Position numbers and translations under genes: made by a program. The notes below the pieces were generated by a model. That model ran no database searches. It was not told the origin of the DNA and was given only the letters and a program-made list of their open reading frames with translations. A stretch of DNA of 63,647 nt, the filler included, from Alloascoidea hylecoeti (lineage: Eukaryota): assembly GCA_001600815.1 (NCBI GenBank). It is 10 parts of 8 records of this genome, joined end to end, with 100 filler letters (N's around TTAATTAATTAA, not from the genome) between each part and the next. Parts side by side here need not be neighbours in the genome. Positions count along the whole stretch, not along the records: positions 18,178 to 48,916 come from BCKZ01000006.1; 9 more parts are not named here. One strand, 5' to 3'. Below, in pieces: positions 24,961 to 38,088 of the stretch (its first letter is position 1; every line of letters begins with the position of its first letter).

Positions 24961-26534
24961 TTATCCTAAAATATTCAATATTTCATCAATATTTGTAAAT
25001 TTTTCTCTATATTTACCTTTTTTCAAACCATTTTCAATTTCTAATTTATCAATTTTTAACCAATCATTCCAAGAAATTATCTTATTTGATTTAATTTTAT
25101 TTTTAATTCCATTAAAACCATTTTTCAATTCATTTGAATTTATAAAACCAGTTTCTAAATCTTTTATAAAAATTTCAGCAGTATTAAAAGAATCTAACAT
25201 TGTTGTTGCAATAACACCATTTGGGCCATTTTTAATCCATCCAGCGGCATATAAACCTTTAATGAACTTATCATTTTCATTATCATTATCATTATCATCT
25301 TTAATTTCTTTTTCATTGTATTCATTTTTTAATATTTTTCCATTAATATTTGGAATTTTATTATTTTTAAAATCAAATGGAATATTTAATTCTTCAAATC
25401 CATTTAAAGGTAATGCTTTATAACCAATTGATTTAATTGCTAAATCTGCTGGCCATGAAATATATTCACCAGTTCCAATACATTTTACATTTTCTTTTGA
25501 ATTTGAACTTGAAGATTCAACTTTTAATTTATTAATTTCAAGTTTAATTGATGATATTAATTTATCATTAGATAAACTTGGAAAAAATTTAATTGGAGAA
25601 TATAAATATTCTAAAGTCCATTTTTTACCATTTAATGGTTTAAAAGGAGGTTTTAAACCTTTTGTTTTTGATCTTTCTGAATATGGTAATGAATAATCAT
25701 CAATCATTTTTAATAATCTTTGATGAGATCTTTCAAATTTTGAAATGAATGGTTTTTTATCATTAAAATGTTGAGCATTTATTTTATTTGAAATTCCATA
25801 TTTTTCAAGATCAAATAATTCACGAAGTTCTTTATTTGTAAATGAACTCTATAATAATGATAAATTAGTATAACATAACATAATGATAACAATGAAAATA
25901 TAAGACTTACTTGTAATAAACCTCTTCTTCCAATAATATTAACTTCTTCAATTGAACTATTAGCCAAACTTTCCAAAGCATAATCCGTAATATCAGTTTT
26001 CTTTAATAAATCAATTGGCATTAATAAAATCCTTGCTATATCAATTGCAACATTTCCATTCCCTAAAATTGTAATTTTTTTAGAATCTTTCAAAGGAGGA
26101 TTTAAATTTCGAAAAAATGGATGACCATTATACCAATTAACAAAATCTTTTGATGAATAAATACCATTTAAATTTTCATTTAATGGATCAGATAAATCAT
26201 TTGAAATTTTTTTTGATTGTTTATATGATGTACCATAAGTAAAAAAAATTGAATTATAATTATTATATAAATCTTTTAATGATAAATCTTTACCAATTTT
26301 AACATTTCCATAATATTGAAATTTTTTAGGATTTAAATTCGCAACTTCATTAAATTTATCTTGACAATTTTTAACTTCTGGATGATCTGGAGCAACACCA
26401 AATCTTGATAAACCAAATGGTATAGGTAATGATTCAAAAAGAGATATTGATATATTTGGAACTTTTTGAAGTAGCCGATATGCTGTGTAGAACCCAGCAG
26501 GTCCTGATCCTATTATAGCGACTTGTAGAGTCAT
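24961..26534 (-). CDS. ARH1: NADPH:adrenodoxin oxidoreductase; intron 25849-25910
   Basis: GSGPAGFY, FGVAPDHPEVK, GNGNVAIDIAR, GWIKNGPNGVIATT; GTAAGT...TACTAAT...TAG intron joins the two ORFs. Confidence 0.93.
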
Positions 26535-27032
26535 GAAATAGCACTAAAAAGTGGTAATTATGATGGGAGGTGGTATCGTGCATGCCACTGAAAATGAACC
26601 CTTTTCTCCCGTGAAATTTGTTAAATGATCAGACTCCCCCGAAATATGCATGCAACGGTACATATTACGTTATGCGGAAATATCACACTCTGCAGATACA
26701 TGCACTCATCTGGAAGAGGTATTATGTTGGATATACACATGATTATATGCAAACGTGACCGTCTTTCCTAACTATGTATGGTATGCCTCGGTATTTCGGA
26801 GCCATACAAATAGTTAAGAAATAGGGACAAATAATTTGAAAGAAATAGTGTAAAAATTAGCCTGAAACGACACGATTTAGATTTACCATTTATCTATCTT
26901 TTAGTAATCTTTAATAAATAATTCGAGTGATTTTGAAATTGTGGTCACATTTTACGTGAAGGTTGTAATTGATTTTCCTAAAAGTTGTTCATTTTCAGTG
27001 GCGTCACCTTATTTTCTCCTCTCCACCATAAA

Positions 27033-28004
27033 ATGGTACGAAAAACAAATTCTCTTGAAGTTAAGAGGAAAGAGGCCAAAATAGTTAAATGCCTTGAACG
27101 AATCGCACGTGAACCGAAAGCATCGGTTTCAAGGATTGCAAGAGAAGAAGGTGTGTCTCTTTCAACATTAAAATACAGAAGAAGAGGTGGACACTCCACC
27201 GCCGATTATTATGAAAAATATCAATTACTCACAAGGATAGAAGAGGAACAACTTACAGATTCCATTGTTAATTTTTGTAGACAAGGTAAAGAGATTAATA
27301 GAGAATCATTTTATCAAATGGTTGATGCAATGATTGATTTAAAATATACCGCAATTCCTGGGCGCCCTTTACCACGGGAAACCCCACAGAAACGGCCTGA
27401 TAATGGACATTATATGAGCAGGAATTGGGTTTATTGTTTTCTTGATAGAAATCCACGGATAAAATATGCCAAGGCACCAACATACCGATTTGTAATTGCC
27501 AATGTAGAAGATTTAGAGTCAACACATAATGAGCCAATTCAGAGTGATATGTCAGTACAAAACGAGCGGGAATTATCTCAAAACAACTCGGAATCATCAC
27601 AAAGTAATCCAGAAACCTCCCAAAGCAATTCAGAACCACCTCAAAACAATTCAGAACCAACCCAAACTGCTGTAGAAACGTCACAAAACGTTCCAGAGCG
27701 TATAGATCAGGAATTTCATAAAGCTCTTGAGTCAAAAGGTGAAATAGAAACTCATTTAAGAAAAGTGTCCAATATGATATTGAAAGCCCGCAAGAATCCA
27801 GATTTACTACCTGAAATTTGGTTATGGCTACAAGCCGCTGGGGTTGTAATAAGGAGTACAGTACGTGATGGATCAGATACGTTTTCTAATAAGAGGAGAA
27901 AGCTGGAACAGGGTAAAAGAGATAAGAGGGCATCTTTGGCTACTCAACCACAGCGAGAACCACAACAGGAACCACAACGAGACCCGGAACTAGAACAGAT
28001 ATAG
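27033..28004 (+). CDS. pogo/Fot1 (CENP-B/Tc5-type) tandem HTH DNA-binding protein with no DDE domain
   Basis: SVSRIAREEGVSLSTLKYR, LLTRIEEEQLTDSI and SRNWVYCFLDRNP resemble psq- and Tc5-type HTHs; followed by 7-aa repeats instead of a catalytic domain. Confidence 0.75.
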   Translation: MVRKTNSLEVKRKEAKIVKCLERIAREPKASVSRIAREEGVSLSTLKYRRRGGHSTADYYEKYQLLTRIEEEQLTDSIVNFCRQGKEINRESFYQMVDAMIDLKYTAIPGRPLPRETPQKRPDNGHYMSRNWVYCFLDRNPRIKYAKAPTYRFVIANVEDLESTHNEPIQSDMSVQNERELSQNNSESSQSNPETSQSNSEPPQNNSEPTQTAVETSQNVPERIDQEFHKALESKGEIETHLRKVSNMILKARKNPDLLPEIWLWLQAAGVVIRSTVRDGSDTFSNKRRKLEQGKRDKRASLATQPQREPQQEPQRDPELEQI

Positions 28005-28126
28005 TTCAAACAAAGAACTTAATAAGTTTAATATAATATTTATTTTTTATTCCCAACCTGTATTGTATTACTTTATAATCTGATTAAATTTCAGCTTAAA
28101 TATAAATATAATAAATGATAATAATA

Positions 28127-28714
28127 TTAATAAAATTTCACACAACTTGTTTCTTGATGAATATGACTACATTTTTCACCACAATATCTTGCAAAGCAAT
28201 TTGGGCAACTCATTTTCCCCCAATAACCACAAACACTACACATTTTTCTAATTGGATATCTTGATTCTTCAACATCAATTCTTAAAAAATTTTGAACTCC
28301 ACCTTCATCTTCATCAATATAATTTGAATAAGTTTTTCTAGATGTTAATATTTTTCTAACAGAATATTTTGAAGCATTTGATTGTTTTGAATGTTTTTTA
28401 AAATAAATTGATTGTTTTGAATATTTTTCAGGTAAATAAGTTTCAGGTTTTGGTAAATCTATTTTAATACTATTTGTATTTTCTTGGTAATTTTCTTTTG
28501 ATAAATCAATTAAATGTTTATTTATTGTTCGTTGTTGTTGTGTTGATAAATTATGTGGGTTAAGATTTGAAGATATGGAATTATTTCCTTCTATACCAGC
28601 ACCATTATTTATATAAGAAACAGGAGGAAGTTTTCGACGACGAGAATGTGAAGTTATATTTGAGTGGCGTAAAGTAGATGGTTGTTTTTTGCCCAGTTGT
28701 TCAACGAGTACCAT
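28127..28714 (-). CDS. VPS71: SWR1 complex zf-HIT subunit (alternative start at 28762)
   Basis: C-terminal PIRKMCSVCGYWGKMSCPNCFARYCGEKCSHIHQETSC. Confidence 0.82.
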   Translation of the reverse strand: MVLVEQLGKKQPSTLRHSNITSHSRRRKLPPVSYINNGAGIEGNNSISSNLNPHNLSTQQQRTINKHLIDLSKENYQENTNSIKIDLPKPETYLPEKYSKQSIYFKKHSKQSNASKYSVRKILTSRKTYSNYIDEDEGGVQNFLRIDVEESRYPIRKMCSVCGYWGKMSCPNCFARYCGEKCSHIHQETSCVKFY

Positions 28715-28877
28715 TTTTATGTTATATTGTTTTTTGGAGGGGGAGTGAAGGTTACTTTTCATAACTTATTCAACTGTCAACATAACATCACACAACATCA
28801 CACAACATCATACATACTTTTATTCATCAACATCATTTTATATCATTATATATTTTATACTATATACAGTCATTTAT

Positions 28878-29843
28878 TTACTTAGATTCCAATTCAATTC
28901 TTCTCAACTCAGTACTACTCAATTTATCCTTCCACATTCCTTTTGCTCCCAAAGATGAACCAACTACATCGATTTCATAAACTTTCAGTAAATTCCATCC
29001 CTTGTTGCGTCTTTCATGGTTAATCTGCCCCGCACCAGCAGAAGTTTCTTTACTAACCACCAAAGCTTCAATATCAGGATTTTCAACAGTTGGGCCATAG
29101 ATATCATTAATTTTAACAATACTAATATTTAAAAGTGGATAAATTTTTTTTAAAAAATCTCTAACATTTGTTGATCTTTGTTGATAAGTTTGCATTGCTT
29201 CTGAGTATTTTTTATTAACTAATAATTTATCACCAGTAAGACCAACTATAAGCAAATCTCTTGTTAAAAAGGAAGAAGCTGTTAATAATAATTTATGACC
29301 ATCATGTAAATGATCAAACGTTCCGCCAACTGCAACTATTGAATGATTTGCTTCAAATACATCTTCTTCTTCACCTTCTTCAGGAGTTTCTTCGGTTATT
29401 GTTGGAGTGTTGATTCCCGACCTTGAAGTATAAACATCATCATTCATTGGCAAGATAACATTTGGAGTACCAGATGAACGTCTCGGGTTTTCAGATAGTT
29501 CATATCTAAAATCCGCCAAGAGATGGGACTCCAACTTCCCCGCATAAATGACTTCCCAGAAACCGTCGACGTCCCGCAACTGAGAGCCGTCGACGATGAC
29601 AGTGACATTGATCTGTTCCCGTTGGGCCAAAACAGATTCTTTTCTGGCAACATCGTACAGAGCACGTAGGGTGGTTTGGGCACCAGCGAGAGTGTGGGGT
29701 GGGGACATGACGGCTATGTCGAGGACACCCGAGGGGATGGTCATGTCCAGGGCTCTTCTGATGAGAGGGCCGTATTTTCTCTGGACGGAGTAGTGCTGGT
29801 TTGAAGGGGCCGAGAGCAGGATGAGGGCTGAAGCGTATAACAT
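28878..29843 (-). CDS. CAB4: Phosphopantetheine adenylyltransferase
   Basis: AVGGTFDHLHDGHKLLL, DIYGPT, LVVSKET, KLSSTELR. Confidence 0.9.
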   Translation of the reverse strand: MLYASALILLSAPSNQHYSVQRKYGPLIRRALDMTIPSGVLDIAVMSPPHTLAGAQTTLRALYDVARKESVLAQREQINVTVIVDGSQLRDVDGFWEVIYAGKLESHLLADFRYELSENPRRSSGTPNVILPMNDDVYTSRSGINTPTITEETPEEGEEEDVFEANHSIVAVGGTFDHLHDGHKLLLTASSFLTRDLLIVGLTGDKLLVNKKYSEAMQTYQQRSTNVRDFLKKIYPLLNISIVKINDIYGPTVENPDIEALVVSKETSAGAGQINHERRNKGWNLLKVYEIDVVGSSLGAKGMWKDKLSSTELRRIELESK

Positions 29844-29951
29844 TTATGTCTGTTTGGGTTTTGTTGTGTCTTTGCATAACAAATATAAATTAATGTTAGA
29901 GACGTCCGGGTGTTTGTATTTTGTTTTCTTTCTTTGTTTTTTACAACTTGC

Positions 29952-32699
29952 ATGCAAATGGAAAAGGCAATGGAAAAGGCAATGGAAGAAGAGAGAAACG
30001 ACGAACAGGACGTCCCCGTAACTCCCCCTCCGCCCTCCCCGGACCCCCACCAGCCCCTGTCCCAGGCTGCGGATGCCGAAAAAACCCTCAGCTCCCGCTT
30101 GAAAAACATGTTCCGTTTCAGCTCCTCGGTCCACATGGAATCTTCAGAAGCAACGACCCCAACCCAGCCGGCCACCCAACCCACCGCCAGCTCTCAGTCG
30201 GGGTGGCCCACGTCCCCGGCAATCGTCGTCACCCCGTCCGAAAGGGAAAGGGAAAGGGAAAAAGAGCCGACGTCGTTGCTGAAACGGGGCTTCAGACGGT
30301 TCCGGTCTCCGTCGTCGCCAGCGCAGTCCCAGGTGCCGCAGGCCCACGGCCACAAGGAAACCTCTGTCGTTGGCTCCAATCCATACTTCCAGCACCAAGG
30401 CCTGCCTCCACACGCCGAGAACTCGGAACAGCAGGTGATGCCTCCTCCCGCTTCACATTCCCAGCCTCGGTCCATCCATCCAAGCCAGCTGAATTTGAAC
30501 CTGCAATTGGTGGATTCTCCCATATCTCCCATCCCCGAATCCACTGAGGCCCACGATTACTTATCTCATGTGTCTCCGTCGATCCCCACCCCTGCCCCGA
30601 CCGTCCACCAACTCAACGATGAAAAACAGCACAAAAAAACGGGTGACGGGATGGGAATTCAAAGACAACTACGTCGTGTTGCTTCCGCCCCGTTAAGTTT
30701 GAAAATCCTTTTGGCAAATGGTAGTAATCCAAACTTATTAGATCAACAATCCCAATCTCAATCTCAATCGCAGTCACATTCACAATTATTACCTCCTTTG
30801 CCTGATAATACAATTAATAACACAAATAATATTGCTGAATTATCTCCAATTGCAAAAGGTCGTCCAAGAAATAAATCCGTTGGTGGTAGAACTTATTCTT
30901 CAAATTCTATCAAAATCTCAAATGTTGAAGTTGGTCCATCATCTTTTGAAAAAATTAGATTATTAGGTAGAGGTGATGTTGGTAAAGTTTATCTTGTTCG
31001 TGAAAAAAAGACAAACCGTTTATATGCAATGAAAGTTTTATCAAAAAGAGAAATGATTCAAAGAAATAAAATTAAAAGAGTTTTAGCTGAACAAGAAATT
31101 TTAGCAACTTCAAATCATCCTTTTATTGTTACTTTATATCATTCTTTTCAATCTGAAGATTATTTATATCTTTGTATTGAATATTGTATGGGTGGTGAAT
31201 TTTTTAGAGCTTTACAAACAAGAGAATCAAAATGTATACCTGAAGATGATGCAAGGTTTTATGCCGCTGAAGTAACTGCTGCTTTGGAATATTTACATTT
31301 AATGGGTTTTATTTATAGAGATTTAAAACCTGAAAATATTTTATTACATCAATCTGGTCATATCATGTTATCTGATTTTGATTTATCAAAACAAAGTGAT
31401 TTAAATGGTATACCAACAATTATAAATGTTAGTGCTGGTAAAAATACTTACGGTATAAATTCAAATAATGGTAATATACCTGCAATTGATACAAAATCTT
31501 GTATTGCAAATTTTAGAACAAATTCTTTTGTTGGTACTGAAGAATATATTGCTCCTGAAGTTATAAAAGGTCAAGGCCATACAAGTGCTGTTGATTGGTG
31601 GACTTTAGGAATATTAATTTATGAAATGTTATTTGGTACAACTCCTTTTAAAGGTAAAAATCGAAATGCAACTTTTTCAAATATTTTAAAACATGAAGTT
31701 TTATTTCCTGAAGGAAATCATCATCATTCTTCAAATAATAATAATAATAACAATAATGATAATACTAACAGCAATAGTAATAATCATAACAATAACAATA
31801 ATAATATAATACATTATCAATCAATTTCATCAAATTGTAAAAGTTTGATACGGAAATTATTAATAAAAGATGAAAATAAAAGATTAGGTAGTAGAGCTGG
31901 AGCATCAGATGTTAAAATTCATCCATTTTTTAAAAATACAAAATGGGCTTTACTTAGAAATCAAAAACCTCCAATGATTCCTGTTTTAGGAAATAATAAT
32001 CATAATAATACTAAAAAAATTTATAAAGAAAGTGAAAGTATGGATTTTTCAACTGGTATTGATCCAAAATCTCAAAAATTAAAATCAAAATCTTCAAAAT
32101 TAAATAATACAAATGCTCAACCAAATTCTAATTCTAATTTTAATTCAAATTCAAATTCAAATTCCCAATTAACTGTTAATAAAGATAGTAATGATGATAA
32201 GATTATTACTGCTCCTCAAACTCCAATAATACCATTTGATACAACAACAACAAATAATAACAGTAATAATAATAGCAATAATAATAGTAATAATAATACA
32301 AAAAATAATTCAACATTAAATTTAAATGATACAACACAATCACCATATACAGAAATCAAATCAACAACTTCATCAACTATAAATATTCAAGATCGTGATT
32401 CATCAATTGAATCTGATCCATTTGAACAATTTAATTCAATTACATTACATCATGATGGTCTTGATGATGATGAAGAATTTTATACAGGAAATGAAGGTTA
32501 TACATCCGTTGGATATGCTGTTACTACAAAAAATAGAAGTAATAGTGATAGATCATCAAAGAGAAATAGAGGTTATTCTCATTCTCATTCAAGTTCAAAT
32601 GGTAATGGAAATTCAAATGGGAATTCGAATGGAAATGGAAATCATAAAGGATTTGCTGGATTGAATTTAAAAGTTGGTGTTTCAGCTTTTTCAAAGTGA
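29952..32699 (+). CDS. FPK1: AGC Ser/Thr kinase, Fpk1/Kin82/Nrc-2 type
   Basis: [32 protein letters not shown] in place of [28 protein letters not shown]. Confidence 0.9.
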   Translation: MQMEKAMEKAMEEERNDEQDVPVTPPPPSPDPHQPLSQAADAEKTLSSRLKNMFRFSSSVHMESSEATTPTQPATQPTASSQSGWPTSPAIVVTPSEREREREKEPTSLLKRGFRRFRSPSSPAQSQVPQAHGHKETSVVGSNPYFQHQGLPPHAENSEQQVMPPPASHSQPRSIHPSQLNLNLQLVDSPISPIPESTEAHDYLSHVSPSIPTPAPTVHQLNDEKQHKKTGDGMGIQRQLRRVASAPLSLKILLANGSNPNLLDQQSQSQSQSQSHSQLLPPLPDNTINNTNNIAELSPIAKGRPRNKSVGGRTYSSNSIKISNVEVGPSSFEKIRLLGRGDVGKVYLVREKKTNRLYAMKVLSKREMIQRNKIKRVLAEQEILATSNHPFIVTLYHSFQSEDYLYLCIEYCMGGEFFRALQTRESKCIPEDDARFYAAEVTAALEYLHLMGFIYRDLKPENILLHQSGHIMLSDFDLSKQSDLNGIPTIINVSAGKNTYGINSNNGNIPAIDTKSCIANFRTNSFVGTEEYIAPEVIKGQGHTSAVDWWTLGILIYEMLFGTTPFKGKNRNATFSNILKHEVLFPEGNHHHSSNNNNNNNNDNTNSNSNNHNNNNNNIIHYQSISSNCKSLIRKLLIKDENKRLGSRAGASDVKIHPFFKNTKWALLRNQKPPMIPVLGNNNHNNTKKIYKESESMDFSTGIDPKSQKLKSKSSKLNNTNAQPNSNSNFNSNSNSNSQLTVNKDSNDDKIITAPQTPIIPFDTTTTNNNSNNNSNNNSNNNTKNNSTLNLNDTTQSPYTEIKSTTSSTINIQDRDSSIESDPFEQFNSITLHHDGLDDDEEFYTGNEGYTSVGYAVTTKNRSNSDRSSKRNRGYSHSHSSSNGNGNSNGNSNGNGNHKGFAGLNLKVGVSAFSK

Positions 32700-35600
32700 A
32701 AACATATGATATTGAGTTTAAGTGAAGTGGTTAGAGATGGGATTCATACAAATATTTATTCTGATAAAGGAAAGAATTTTGATTAGCTAATTTTTTTTTT
32801 TCATCATATTTTTATATTTCATTTTTTTATTAATATTTTACATTTTTTTATTATTCATTTTTGATATTTTTTGGACGGTCCTTACATTGATTGTAAAAAT
32901 AAAAAACAATTGAATTGTGATTTACTTTTAAAATTTTATATATTGTAATTTTCTTTTTTCACATAGTACTATGATATATTACATAAGTAAATAAATACAT
33001 ATTATACTTGATTTTATTTTATTTTTTATTTGTTAGAAATATAAAATATGTTTATTTTTGTTAACGTTTACTTGATTTGAAAGATTAGTAGAATTAGATT
33101 ATGAATCATTTACCATATATGGAAATATAATCAGCATAACCATTAAAAATTTAAAAATATAAAACTTTATAGTCATTATTCTTATCAATGAAACTATGTC
33201 GAACCAGTTGCGCCAAAAAGCTTTTTTTGATAGTTGACAGAGAGTGAATATTTCCAGTTGGTGTCAAGAATATTGCAGGTTATCTTGTTTTTCAACTCCC
33301 AAAAAGGTTTTACTCTAAAATACATGTTAACTCAAATATACAAGTCTAACTTTAATCATACAAAGAATGTAAAATTCCTCTGGGAATGTCAGAGCATCAA
33401 GCCAAAAGGCTTCACTAAACCCGATAAGATGAGATTTTTTGTAGATCAGTTATTACACTTAATTTGGGCCATGTTGATTACTAGCTATCGGCTATTTCAT
33501 ATAACTATATTTCGGCCGTATTTGACACCCGAAGTTGTTCCATATCCACGCATATACGAGTCATACCAGGGCTCTTCAATCGCGAGATTTATGAAAATTT
33601 TAAACGCATCCTATAATGCACTGTGCATCTTCTTCACACGATTAAGAGTTAAAAACTCCTCTATTCCGAGTCCTGAAGATAGTGGAGGAACGCTAATAAA
33701 TACATTGGGAGGAACTCGTTGTTCAATGAGCTAGAGGATGTAAATTTTCTCTCCATGGATTTTTACAAACACTTCACCAAAATCATCAATTTCTTTTTCA
33801 ATACACATATATTCTACTTAATACCCTTATATCATGTTTATTATCCCCAATGTCTTGTGAAAATTATCCCTCCCTATTGTTAAGCTCTTTTTTGTAAGAG
33901 ACCTTTTTTGATGTTTTTGGCTCACAATTTGCCAACTTTTTCCTGCCCAGGATTAAAATTCCGATAAAATTCAGTTGTTCAGTCGTGAGATGCCTCCTGA
34001 AAACTTTCAGATTAACCCCTTCTGCCATTTTATAAATAACTCTCTTTACAGGAAAATGGATCGGATCCTTCTAGTTTCCGTACTCTTCATCACGGTTCAC
34101 AACCCCGCGGCTTGCGCACATGTTAATGTTAGACAACGATTTAGGATTTTCGAGGATCCCCACATCACAGCAATGATTTTTGTCACATAAGCATCCAATT
34201 AATCAAAAGATACAGGGCTCTATTTAATCTCTGGCACAACGATTCTTATTCGTTTTGAGTTAGTTCTATGCATATATATCATTTGCAACTGAAAACAGCT
34301 TGAACAACACTGGGTGAATTAAAGGGAAAAGTACCAATGGAGGCAAAGCGGGCGATAATATTTTTTATTGGCATAAGTAATCTTCTAGCGCAAAGGACTG
34401 TCTTGATAAAGTTTGATTTTTTGGCGCCATAACTGCTCATAGGGATATCGGGGCAGATCTGATGTGCTTTCCAATCGTTAGCTGATCCGCAAGGGTAAAA
34501 TACAGTCTCATCAATTATGAATTTCAATTGGTTGATAGTGGATATCCGTTGATTGAACTTTCAAGGGTGTCATGCCAGGATCTAAAGTCATCTTCACTGG
34601 TGAAGGGAAACCAGTAATAATAAGCCTACCGATGTTAGAGCCTTAACATTTTTCAACCCTGGATTCATGTCAAGAAAACTGTAAAATTTGACTTCATATA
34701 GTTTCCGTTAGAATTTCGTTTGGGCGACTTTTGTCCTGGTAGTGAGGCAGTGACTTGGGACTGTTGTGGATTTCGGGTCAATCGTTTCATCCACCATGTG
34801 GTAACACCCCACGTCCACCCTTATTCTAGCCTCCTTTCTCCTTTATGCAAGAGGCCTTTAGTTTTTTTTTTTCCTCATTACCATTTTCTGAGCCTGTAGT
34901 GTGGAGAAACCAAATACAGGGTTACAAATTTAAATTTACGTGTTACATGTATGTCCAATTGGCATTCATCGTCCAGACTCATTGTAGGTTACTCTATAAA
35001 CTGCAAAGTTCAACCACACGTGCACTAATATGATATCGATAATATGTTTCTTACTTTTCCTTTAATTATTTAATGGCCTCATAGAATTCTTGTTAGGTAT
35101 AATTCAATATCAATTATGATCCATATGTCCGCTTACCAAGTGATTAGTTATGCATAGTAAATTAACTCCACACTGTCTACGGTGGCTTTAGAAAAGACTA
35201 GCTAGTAAAGCCCATATGGTGCGCCATAGAAAGAGCAAGATAAAGAGGTGAGAGAAATAATACATTTAATACGTATGAAAATCGTAATATTCACTGAGAG
35301 TGATAGCCCTGATAGATATCGCCTAGAAACACAAGGCACCTGGCACGTTTGTCGCGCTCTGATCATGATTTGCGATTCGTAAATATCGTAAAACAGTCTC
35401 CCTGCAATGGTGGCCAGATATAATATCAAAAAGTGCCTCCAAACTTTCGCGAATTCCTAGTCGAAAACTTGGACAAAATTTTTTCAGAGACAAGATAATT
35501 CACAGAGCTGATGATGTCATGTCGTGGTTTGTTATGATCACTGATCTGATTCTAATTCTGATTCTAATTCTGATTCTGATTCTGAGTTGAATTGTGTGAA

Positions 35601-38088
35601 TTTGTGACTGCATGTAGTCCGGATATGAACTCAATTGAGAATTTGAAGGTGTAAAAAAGAACCATAAGCAAAAAAGAACCTTTTATTATAAAACTACGAG
35701 GAGGTAAAAAAAGAAGATAAATCTACTTTGAGAATACACTAGAAGGTCTTTCGACAGCATAAATCCAAATTTATACTCTATTGTATCTTGAATGCCAAGG
35801 GTGATGAATTAATTATTGAAAAATGGTAGTGGCTATGCCGTAGATAATATTCATCATATTATGCTGTGAATTACATCATTAAATAGAGGAGATATGGACC
35901 TTTCTTTTCTTCCCTGCAAAGTATTTTCCTACTTTAATAATATTTGTATTATTTGTGATCGAATTCATGATATTTAAGATGTGGTGATATTTGTAGATAG
36001 CCGTGTTATTACTCTAAAGATTTTTTGAAATTCTCAAGCGAAACAACTAACGAAACGGAAATTTTTGGGAATCCAAGTTTGGTTTTGGTTTCACGGTCTG
36101 CCAATTTTGTTGATTATGTAAAAATATACTAGGTAGGCCTACTACTGATTGATATCTTGGCTTTCTAAACAGCACGCTATATTATATTTGTCTTACATAA
36201 TCTGAGTTTACTGGGTGCTCATAAACTTACGATATGCAAAACCAAACGATCGGGTGTTTAACATTTGAAGATGTTAAGAAGTTTCGCTTAAGTTTCTCCC
36301 GGCACCGGTACCCTTTGAAAATGCCGTAACAGTGAGTATATGGAGACGGGAATTTTAAAAAAGTTAATTGGAGCTTTAAACATTTTTGTGATTGAGACAT
36401 TTGGGGAATTTCAGAGAAATGAAATAATAATTAACGTTTAAATTTGGAAGGAAAAATTAAATTATTTAGCATGTGTTTGATTGTGTTATATGTTTAAATC
36501 GTTTATTTGCCTAATCGAGGTAACCTTTTGGGAATAAATTTGACGATATATTTGACGATATATTTGACGTATTTATTGACGATCATTTAGTCAAGATACC
36601 TGATAATCATATAGTTATAATATTGAATATAAGTAACTGATTGCACTTGCTTGTATTCTCATTGTCTTTAAGGATATAATTATATCAATTTAATTTTATA
36701 CACACTACACAGGGCTTATATAGTTCTTGCGGCTTGGATTTGTGGGGATGCTTCAAAACGTGCTATTAAATGCTGACTTTTCATAGATAAACGTGTTATT
36801 GATTTTGGAACTTCAAATAAACGGGTTTTATTACTTCTTATTCTTTTAAAAGTTTGAAGTTTGAAACTGGAAAGCTATTAACATTATTTAGCTTAAATTT
36901 CTAATTACTTTTTAATATTCAAATTCGAATTCAGATGACTGTTTAAGCTTACAAGTGGAATATTAAAATCTAAAATATTCCCTTGGTTAGAGTTGTAATT
37001 ATACCATTTTTATATCATGAAATCTACCAATAATAGGCCTGTGTTGTGCGTTTTTGTGGCTGGTATTCAATTACCAATTGAGGTATATATTGATCGGAAC
37101 CTGTGGTCATATGCACAATTTTGCGTATCTTATTGAAATATTTTCGATACTTGCCAACAGTTTCTCACTTTAGTACTGCCAAGGTTAATTACCCATTTGT
37201 CACTTTTATCTATATTGCTCTATTATATCTTTTTATCTTTCATCCATTAATATTCTAGTAGAAGGAAGTTGGTATATAAATTTAATCCGGGAAATCCTTA
37301 TAATTGTCGGACAAATATTGCCAAAATAATTAAAATACGAAAACTAATTTAAGCTATTAACCTTAACTATAAATTACACGGCTTGCATATAACAAAATGC
37401 TTAAATGTTGAAATTTGACTGTCCCTGGGCTCAAGACTCAAGAGATTGGCGGATTCCGTAGCTATCAGCCGTTGATACGAAACTCAGCTGACGGAAGATG
37501 AGTTAGAGGATATCGATGTGGATACTATAACATACACGTATAGTGACATCTGATCCATTTGTGGGGAACAGAGCATAATTTGCTATGTTATACATATCTA
37601 CCATGCATTTTCCCAATATAATATAAATTACAATAGGTCAGATGATTTCAAACGGCTTTAATATATTATCTAGGGCTCTTTCTTTTAAAAATATTCACTC
37701 ACATTTTAGGGGGAATGGTACTTAGCAATACATTATGAGATAACAATCAAATTCAAGAGATAGATAAAGAATATGAGATAACAAAGATTTTACATGATTA
37801 GTGGAGGAATTAGGAAAAAATATCACGATTGATTCAGAACAGATTTAAGAATAAGCAATATTTATATGCTACTTGATGCTTGTTTCATTAAAGTTTCTTC
37901 ATATCGTAGATATTTTTTTGTTATAATTAAAAACGTGCTAACTACTTTTAATTTATTAGAAACCTTAAAAGCCGTAATCTACAATTATAAAGGTTAGAGG
38001 GGATCCTACACATCTTCGTAGTTTTCAGTTTGCTATCCTTCGATTTCTATTCAATTTCTATCTTTTATAAATTAAAACCACAGTAAAT

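Noticed and set aside
26490..26600. Arh1 apparently lacking a mitochondrial presequence
   Set aside because: A possible 3' splice site (TTTTTAG) just upstream could add an exon; cannot be resolved from sequence
29444..30813. Many overlapping ORFs on both strands
   Set aside because: By-product of the GC island (few stop codons) overlapping CAB4 and FPK1
35545..36583. Short tandem repeats (CTGATT/CTAATT; TTGACGATATAT)
   Set aside because: Ordinary slippage repeats with no further support
37936..37959. Branch point plus AG upstream of the GIT1-like gene (5' UTR intron)
   Set aside because: No convincing donor site identified
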